NCBI GenBank assembly: GCA_951406725.2
Contig: OX597835.1
Span: forward strand, 20,336,001-20,400,000
DNA: 64,000 nucleotides
Direction of reading: 5' to 3'
Origin: Octopus vulgaris
Taxonomy: Eukaryota
Made by a program: the position numbers and the translations under genes. This document shows, in pieces, positions 54,348-64,000 of this stretch. Each line of letters starts with the position of its first letter. The stretch's first letter is position 1. The notes beneath the pieces are model-generated. The model did not search any database. It was given only the letters and a program-made list of their open reading frames with translations, and was not told where the DNA came from.

Positions 54348-54577
54348 TATTTCTTTATTACCCACAAGGAGCTAAACACAGAGGGGACAAACAAGGACAG
54401 ACAAACGGATTAAGTCGATTACATCGACCCCAGTGCGTAACTGGTACTTAATTTATCGACCCCGAAAGGATGAAAGGCAAAGACGATCTCGGCGGAATTT
54501 GAACTCACAACGTAACGCAGACGAAATACCGCTAAGCATTTCGCCCAGCGTGCTAACGTTTCTGCCAGCTCGCCGCC
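54348..54577 (-). mobile_element. SINE family C, full length
   Basis: Nearly identical to 49186-49415. Confidence 0.9.
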
Positions 54578-55904
54578 TTTATACAGACATACAGTCTTCA
54601 AAGAGAAGTACAAAAGCACGGATTTTTTCACGGATGAACAGTTATACCTTCCAAAACAGGGCTGCAGTAGGACACATGCTGCTAGATATAAGGCTAACAC
54701 TTACCTCAACATACACACAAAATAGTCACACATTTATAATATACTAAGTACAAAAGACGTGTACACAGTGGCACATACTCAAAATGTATATACACCAAAA
54801 ATCTAAAGAAAGTTGAGCATCTAGATGTACATAAACCTGAAAAAGATATTTGCCAAACAAAAGAACGCACCAATATATTTCCCTACTCCAAATGCACAAT
54901 CGTGGAAGCAGTACATAGAAAGCTAACATACGCTACAGAAATAAGCTGCTGTAGTTGCGAAACACATATCCAAATACACACACAAATTCACCTCTTACAT
55001 ACAGTCGCATATAAAATATGCATCCACATTTAATACCATTAAAAGAAAACTGAAGCACATTTTGCAAAAAAATAACTCAAACACGCAACCGTTACTCTGC
55101 AACACACTCACACACTGGTAACAAAAATATATGCCTAGCCAAAAACACAGCCATCAATGTCTATCCTAGCTAATTTTAAACTGCTGAAAGTCACCTTGGT
55201 TTATTTCCAAAGCTACTAACAGTGATGGCAACACGCGACTGCTCCGTCCGATGTTTGTTACATCTCTCTGTTATTTATCTTCTCGTAATATTGTTTCTTA
55301 TTTTACGACGAAAGACGTCACTCCAAATCGTTAGAGATTTAAATTCTATACTATTTAAGCATCAACATCTAAAATCGCCATAAATATGCTTAGCTATGAT
55401 ACATTAATTCCACGTTATATATGCATTTGTGTCTATGAATATGTATGTGTGAATACTTACAAATATATATATTTATCAAATATACATTAAAAACGGAACA
55501 CAAAGGATATCGCGGTACACGTGTTTCAAACTCTATAAACACTCTGATATTACACCAGTGTATTATTGATATAAAAGATGGCTCAAAGCTCCCTTCAGCC
55601 GCAAACGTTGTTAGTCCTAAGAATACCTCACAATATACAAAGTACCCATTATAGTAGGTTTATTATATCTCCTTGGAAAAGTATATTTGTATAATTTTAT
55701 TAATGTATGAATGTATAAAGATTCATTGGATAGAGTGAATGTTGAATAGATTGGATTGAGGTTATACTTAATTTGTAATCAATATATATATATTAATAAA
55801 AATGGTAAGACAACAAAAGAATGAAAGAGACCTTGATATTATGTAAATAGAAGAATTTATCTGTAATATATGACATGGCTATTACATTTACAGATATATA
55901 AATA

Positions 55905-56010
55905 GGCATAGGTGTGGCTGCGTGGTAAGTAGCTTACTTCCTAACCACATGGTTCCGTCCAAAGTTGGTGCTCCAGCATGGTCGCGGTGAAATGACTGAA
56001 ACAAATAAAG
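55905..56010 (+). mobile_element. Internally deleted SINE family A (head fused to tail)
   Basis: aggcataggtgtggctgcgtggtaagtagc...ggttccg joined to ggtgctccagcatggtcgcggtgaaatgactgaaac. Confidence 0.65.
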
Positions 56011-56668
56011 GAATATATATATGTGTGTGTGTATGTGAAAAATACAAAACTGGGACAAGAACGCAAAAAATCCAGATATTTAGGTGATAGGAAAAAGGAG
56101 TCGACTTCCAGATTACCTTTGCAATTTCGGTTGGTTATACTCGAGATTGCTCCAATATGGCAAGCCTGGGGGAAAACTAAGCTTAGTGCATTACATTCCT
56201 TGGAAGAAAGCAGCGAATGTATACGAAAGCAAGGACGGAAAGAAAAAACGGAGAATGTTACACAAATACAAATAACAGGACATGACAACTGGTGACTTTT
56301 GATTAAGGGCGAATTTAATCAAGCTGGCGTGTGTGGAAGAAAAACCTTACGGCAGGGGCATAAGACACAGGGAGGAATACAAATGTTGCATGGACGGTAG
56401 TCGAACCAAGAAAGGTCAGGCCTGGACGAACACCGGCTACGTGGGGGGAGAAGAGAGAGAGGTAGAGGCAGAAAGATAGAATGATTAAGGAGGGGCAAGA
56501 AAAAAATGAAAGAGGCACAGTGAAGTGAAAGAGAAGGGAAAGTGAGCCCGAAGAGAAGGCCAGAAAATATGAGAGAGGGAACGAAAGAACGTAAAATGGA
56601 ATGAACGAAGTGTGAAAGGGCTGATAGAAAGAATGAAAGAATACAAAGAAAAATAGTCGTACAAAATT

Positions 56669-56700
<32 letters not shown>

Positions 56701-56877
56701 TGAGACCAAAGTGTACGTACGCCGCTGTATATTATATATAAAAATACAAAAATGGGACAAGAACGCAAAACATCCAGACAGTTAGGTGATATACCTATGA
56801 ATATGTATATGTAAGTATTTGTCTAAGCGTGTATGTGGATTTATATTTGTGGATTTATATATGTGGATTTATATATG

Positions 56878-56933
<56 letters not shown>

Positions 56934-57917
56934 CACTCGACAAACACACACGCACGCAAATGCATGCAAAATGATCGATCTGCACTTGGACGGTTCGTGT
57001 GACCCTTCCTGGCATGTGTTAACCCCCATACACTTGAAGTAACCCACTGAAATTAATTCAAATTGATCTTCAAAAAACTGCACGAGTCAGAACTACACCC
57101 AGTCTTCTTACCCCAGTGTACTGATTTCAGATTTTGGTACAAGGTCAGCAATTTCGTGGGAGGTCTGAGTCGATTACATCGCAACTAATGATACTTATTC
57201 TGTCGACCCCGAATGAATGAAAGAAAAATTCGACATTCGCGGAATTTGAACTCAGAACGTAAAAGGCATGTAATGCCGCAAAGTATTTTACCCCGCGTGG
57301 TAACACACGTGCTACCTCGCTGCTTTTCTTAACCATTATACGTTTGATTAAACATATGCAGTTGAGTAGACCATATGTATACACCTACTTAATCACGTGG
57401 ATACTGAACGTCGGGTTCGAAACGTTTCGTATGGCTTTACAAATATTAAAGCAGAAACACTTGTCCAAGGTTGTCGTCCTACCTTCAGACAATAAACATG
57501 TGCTTTTCCTTCACTGGAAGGTCACTTTTGGAGGAAATGTCGATGCTTGAGCTCATCTCCACTTCTGAAGTGGAGACAGTCTTAATTGCTATTAGGTAAT
57601 TAAGACGAAAATTCAAGCGATGGAGATAATTTAGATAAATCGAGAATTCAAGTTCTATGGTACTTGATAGTCTAGCGCTTGTCTATTCTGTTAAAATAAA
57701 ACGGAATGGTCATGCCAAGATATTTCTTAAGTCATTCATTTGTGTGCATACAATCATCCATCCATTTATACATACATGTATTCGTATACACTCATGCACA
57801 CACACACACACATAAAAATGCATATATAGATATAGAGATATTGATAGATACATACATAAATACGTGTGTGTTTGTATGTGAGGATGGCGAGAACGGTAGA
57901 TAAAGCCATGCTATACA

Positions 57918-57972
<55 letters not shown>

Positions 57973-59539
57973 ATATTATACTTAATGTATTAAACAAACT
58001 TTAATAAATTTCATCAAATAAATTAAAGGAACCAGATTGGCTGTTAAAATGGATTAAGTTTTTATTTCATATTCACACACAATTCATAAAGTTCGAATTT
58101 GTACTCTTCAGTAGGTGAGATTTAAAGGAAAATAATATTAAACGTTATAATTATATAATGTTTTTCAGAACAAGATAAAAAAATCCAAGGCTGTGAAGAT
58201 TTTAGAACATTTATAAATAGGTGTTACTGCTGCTTTTAGGATATTTATTATATCCCTTCATCGGAGACGGTGTGAGAAAATGGTTAAGCAATAGTTGATT
58301 TAGATAAGATACGAATTAGAGAGTGAAGTGGAGGAATGAATATAGATGAGAGATATGCAGGGATATTGCATTTGTACATCCATTATTTAGGCAGGATGTT
58401 ACACATAAGATTCCAATACCTTGTGAGTAAATTCCAATAGTATTTAAAATTGGTCGTTCACGTGTATATTTTCTTCCACCTACAAGCTCTGACCCGTCCA
58501 TCCACCCAATCCACATTCCTAAATTCTTCATTCCACCACAGTACTACCCCTCTCTCTGCCCTATCACTTAGACTAAGAGTGTATATGTGTGTATGAATAT
58601 AGACATATATATACAGACATATGTATACATATGTATACACATTTATGTACATGCGTGTTTATGTAAACACATATGTATAGATACACACGCACACATATAT
58701 GTATGCATAGATATACGTATGTGCGTGTGAGTGATTATATATATATCCCTATTCAATGTTAAACGTTTGAAAATGTCTTACTTTCTCCATTGAGAAGACT
58801 CTCTACATCCTTTCATCATCGACAACTGGAGATTCACGGATGAAGCATTTACTATAGCAGTGGTAAAATTTAATCTTGATAATTCTCGTTCTTATAATAA
58901 ATTATTCTCAGGCAGCTATTGTCAGATTATATTAAATTATTTCTATATAAATATTAGAAGCAGAAATGGTTTCCGTTATATGACTGGTTCAGCTACAGCG
59001 ACAAGCCGGCAGAAGCTTTATCCGCCTACCAAAGCGTTTAATTATATTTTTTTCAGTTTTATGTCGTGAGGCCAAATGTCGTTGATATCCGTTTTGTTTT
59101 TCGTCCTTTTGTGAAATAAATACCAGTGGAACACTCTGGGCGATGTAATTTCACGCCTTGTTCTGTTGTAGAAAGTATCACTGTACTGGTACGCATTAAC
59201 CCTTTCGTTTGGTAAGAATTACGAACTCATTCAATTCCACAAATATTAGAACCGAAGAGGGGCGAAACTGAAAGGGATACCGAAAGTTTCTGCGAAATAA
59301 ATTTCTAAATGACATGATAGTTGAACTTACATTTTGTATTAATTATGACTATAATTCTCAGCAATTAATTGCACATATAGACAAGTGTATTAATAATTGT
59401 TTATCATCGTAAATAATTGTTAGAATTTGGTCAGTCCGATATACGACCTCACGTTACATAATACACGCTTCTGCCTCAGCAAGATAACTCACCATTATAG
59501 TTTATAAGATATAGGACAATTATTCGTTTATAAGATATA

Positions 59540-59767
59540 TATTTCTTTACTACCCACAAGGGGCTAAACATAGAGGGGACAAACAAGGACAGACAAAGGG
59601 ATTAAGTCGATTACATCGACCCCAGTGCGAAATTAGTACTTTATTTATCGACCCCGAAAGGATGAAAGGCAAAGTCGACCTCGGCGGAATTTGAACTCAC
59701 AACGTAACGACAGGCGAAATACCGCTAAGCTTTTCGCCCGGCGCGCTAACGTTTCTGCCATCTTGCC
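59540..59767 (-). mobile_element. SINE family C with TSD
   Basis: Flanked by gtttataagatata on both sides. Confidence 0.88.
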
Positions 59768-60509
59768 GTTTATAAGATATAGGACAATTATTTACTATAA
59801 TATGGTCAACATCGTCATCATGACAGCCTTGCACGTCATCATAATAGTCACCATCTTCATCATCATTATCATCATCTCGTCGATACCATTCATATTGATC
59901 TTCATCAGCATAATTGATTGAACACAAACACTTGGAACACCAAATCTACAAGAAGAAAGATAGCCAGAGACATGTTTTAGCGTCGTATCATTTAAAAGCT
60001 GAACTAGCATAGATTGATGTTGGGCCTTTCGTTCACATAGAACTTTGCTGATGTTCAGTATTAGAATAAGAATTTTGTATACACGTCACGTTTGTTTTTA
60101 TCACATCTTGCAATTTGTGTAAGATATCGACAGGCGCCCACACACTTCAAAACGATGGCTTAGTTTTAAATACTATCCACGGAAACTGTTGGCCTGACAG
60201 CCAGGGCAAGATGAAATATAGAAGAATACCAACACGAATTCATCTCGAAGGATGAAGCGAAAGAAAAACAAAGCCAGGATGATTGGAATTTTCCCTTGTA
60301 CTGCAAATATCTACACGTGGCTGCGCGTAAAGCCGTAATTCATGTTGAATACACTGGACAACAATATACGTAGAGGGACATTAAAATCTACAAGAGAAAA
60401 CTTTTTTTCCCTCTCAGTCTCTCTCAATCATTTATAAAAACAAAATAGAGAAAACATTTATAAAAAACAAAATAGAGAAAACAGATTAATTTCAAATATT
60501 CAATGATTT

Positions 60510-61280
60510 TTGATGGACGACATTAAAGAAAGAAAGAAATTGAAAATGAAAAGATTTTCATCAAAATTTGTGACTCACACTCATGCAGACGATGAAAAGC
60601 AGTTACGACTAAATATTTGTTGTGAACTTAAAGAACAGTTGGAAGTTGATCCGAATCTTGGTGACGAAAGCTGGTGCTATGGTTATAACTCCGAAACGAA
60701 GCAGCAATCAAGTCAATGGAAGTTTTTTTCAATCTTCAAAGTGATGACCAATGTCAGGACGATGAGGATTTGTTTCATAAATGCAAAAGGAATTGCCCAC
60801 ACACAATGTTCTCCTCCGTGTCAAACTGTTAACCAGATGATTTACTTGGCAGTCCTAAGACGTTTGCGAAACGCAGAGGGGTGGAAACGCCTCGACTTGT
60901 GGCAAAGTGGAGAGTGGGGGTTTTATCATGACAATACACCTCCGCACACGGCCTTGAGTGTTAGATAGCTTCTGACCGTTTTGCTCTATCCCTCCCTAGT
61001 CAACTGATCTTATTCCCTACGACTTTTTTTGTTCCATCGAATAAAAAAATAGTCATTAATGGAAAAGTATTTGTAGGTTTGGAAGAGGTGAAGAAAAAAT
61101 ACGATGGAGGCATTAAAAAGCATCACTTCGCAAGAGGTCTAGGATCACTTCGAAGAACGGAAAACGCCTCCCTGGGCCAAGGCATTGGTTTAAATGGAGA
61201 ATACTTTGAAGATGGTAAAGGTGTAAACATTTATTACAACTAAGAGAAATACATGTGAGTGCAGAATTTCGGATACACCA
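60510..61280 (+). pseudogene. Mariner (Tc1/mariner, DD34D-type) transposase remnant
   Basis: GDESWCYGY, QTVN, HDNTPPH, PP*STDLIPYDFF (YSPDLAPxDF-like) and GEYFE motifs, with deletions and stops. TIRs not clearly identifiable. Confidence 0.85.
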
Positions 61281-61592
61281 TTGTTTATAAAAACAGAGAT
61301 TAAGGGATTAACAAGGCAACAAGATGTTTTATGTGAAGACAATCTCAGAATCTTCAAGTGATCCAATTCTAAATGGAAATGGTTACAAGCAGACTCAAGT
61401 GGACCACATGTATTTTGTAGAGCTTCTTACACATGAAACAATTCGTGACGTTCTTGCCAGATAATCCATGAATATTTATCTACTTCATGCAGTGTTGAGC
61501 ATTTTATCCTCTCAGTATTTCCTCATATACACGCACTGACACACGCGCACACACACACATGCACACACACACATGCACACACACACACACAT

Positions 61593-61628
<36 letters not shown>

Positions 61629-61629
61629 C

Positions 61630-61661
<32 letters not shown>

Positions 61662-61830
61662 CAAAATGAGAAAATGGAGAAACATACCTAAATCAATCAT
61701 CAACCATCAGATAGTACCCAATCAATACTTTATTAAACCATTACATAACAGCAGTGAAATTATACATAATATATTGCAAATATAACTAGACATGGAAATA
61801 GAAATAGAAAATACAATTACATCATATCTG

Positions 61831-61870
<40 letters not shown>

Positions 61871-62002
61871 CACATATACAAGCACACATTAGACACTATA
61901 TATATCATATATCGGTCTGTAAATATATACACAAACATTTATACACTCACACATACGTACACACACACACGTGTATGTATATGTATATATACATATATAT
62001 AT

Positions 62003-62041
<39 letters not shown>

Positions 62042-62079
62042 GATATATACATATATATATATAGATATATACAAAATAG

Positions 62080-62240
62080 GGTTTTTTTCAGTTTCCGTTT
62101 AACATATCCAATCTCCTAAGTTTGGTATGAGGGAAGGCTATAGCAGAACGCACTATCCCAAAGTGCCATACAGTGAGATTAAATCCACAACTAAGTTGTT
62201 GGGAGGCAAGACCCTCACCACACAGCTACGCTTGCACCTA
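62080..62240 (-). mobile_element. Degraded SINE family A 5' half
   Basis: tttcagtttccg...ggctatagcagaa...caccacacagc recognisable. Confidence 0.6.
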
Positions 62241-62269
62241 TATATTTTTCAAGAGTGTGTGTGTGTGTA

Positions 62270-62306
<37 letters not shown>

Positions 62307-62863
62307 ATCTGTGTACTTTGGAAGCGATTGCCTTTATTGTTCGTGAATTTTATGCCTGAAAGCAAGTAAGGTTGTTTTTGACATTTGCCTTGTAGTATAG
62401 TATATAATTTCGACACTGCAGTAAAAGCGCTAATGTACACCGTTCCAAACGTCTCCTATGAGATAATAAACAGGCTTAACAACATTGTGCAAGCGTGAAG
62501 ACACACGGACAAAGATACGTACACACGCAACACACACACACACACACATACACGTGCGCGCGAGCGTGTGTGTGTCTGTGTTGCGTGTGTATCGGAGGCT
62601 CTTATGCAATTATCAATATATGCTGGGATGTAAGTGGATATGTAATGAAAAGATAATACCCTAAAAACAGATGTATATCTATGCATACACGCACACATAG
62701 ACACACGCACATAATACCTACATATACGCATCTGATAGATTTATTTTGTTTAACAACAACCGGCATATGGACTAGTGGTTCTATACTATTGCATGTATCA
62801 TTGGTCAAGAGAAATACGTCCCTCGCGAATTTGTCTCTGAATCTCTCTGTATCTCTCTCTCTC

Positions 62864-62921
<58 letters not shown>

Positions 62922-62981
62922 TGTATATATATATCTTATGCAATATATGTTTATAGTATATGCGATAAGCTGTATTGCATA

Positions 62982-63019
<38 letters not shown>

Positions 63020-63599
63020 CACACCAGTATGCATATACATATAAACACATTTGTGCATACGTATATGTATATACATATGTATATATGTATATATACAGAG
63101 AGAGAGAGAGAGAGAGACGGTGTGTGTGCGTATGTACTTATTTATATAGTTATACAGATACATATATGCATAGAAATATATTCATAAATATACATGTGTG
63201 AAACGATGCATTTGCTTATATAAGGGAAAGCATGTGCACAGGTATATTTTCTGTGTTTGTATATTTATACATGTGTTAGTGTCTCTATGTATGTTGGGGC
63301 ATGTGATGGGAAATATATTGTATGAATATATATATATATACATATATATATATACATTTGTGCTGGTTATGTCGTGTGTTGGTGCTCGTGTGTGCTTGAG
63401 TGCGTTTTGTGCCTCTGTGTGTGTGTGTATATTTGATTTTGTTTGCATGTGTGTGATGTTTATATATATTATGTGCATATATGTATATATATTTTTATAT
63501 ATTAAATGCATATATATATATATATATATTAAATGCATATATGTGTGTATATATATATTAAATGCATATATGTGTATATATATATATATATATATTAAA

Positions 63600-63673
<74 letters not shown>

Positions 63674-64000
63674 CTTCTCCTACGTTACTTTTATGTTTAT
63701 CACTGAATTATCAGAGGTGCATTTATTAAAATTAATGTAGCGATAACTAATGATTACTAGACTTCATATCCAGCATCTAGCTAATTAGTATAATTACCGT
63801 TCTGATATTACAGTTCGCTGTTTTTAATATTAAAGGTAATAAATTTATAATAACGTAAGAATTGTAATATACATTTACTGTATATTGGTAATTCAGAAAT
63901 TTTAATATTTCTGTTGGAATTAATATCATCTCGTGAACGTAAATATAACTGTTGCTGGTGTACAAGTTATTGATTTCTTATCGTGAGTAGAATATCTTGG

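Overview
Eukaryotic, AT-rich, repeat-saturated non-coding DNA, most likely a cephalopod (octopus-like) intergenic or intronic region; the taxon is inferred from the SINE and microsatellite landscape and an atp6 fragment that reads best in the invertebrate mitochondrial code. No host protein-coding exon could be supported, and most ORFs in the track are translations of (TA)n/(CA)n/(AAT)n/(GA)n microsatellites or SINEs. Real content: (1) one near full-length, recently inactivated CR1-group LINE on the minus strand (~36.6-42.2 kb). Its ORF1 is unusual (Myb/SANT-like plus CCCH finger), its APE-RT ORF2 carries a 2-nt frameshift and a nonsense codon, it has a 15-unit tandem array in its 5' region, and its 3' stem-loop tail is shared with the most abundant SINE family in the window. 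(2) Three tRNA-derived SINE families in many copies. (3) Remnants of RTE, L1/Tx1, R4/Dong-like, Penelope-like (GIY-YIG and RT) and mariner elements, plus two non-autonomous Helitrons. (4) A 5S rRNA (pseudo)gene. (5) A mitochondrial atp6 NUMT inserted into the R4/Dong relic. (6) Several type I hammerhead ribozyme motifs: a tandem 429-bp dimer, a 286-bp monomer with a 12-bp target-site duplication, and a cluster downstream of a Penelope GIY-YIG relic. These point to retrozyme-like or Penelope-dependent ribozyme elements. All calls were made by eye; no searches were run.
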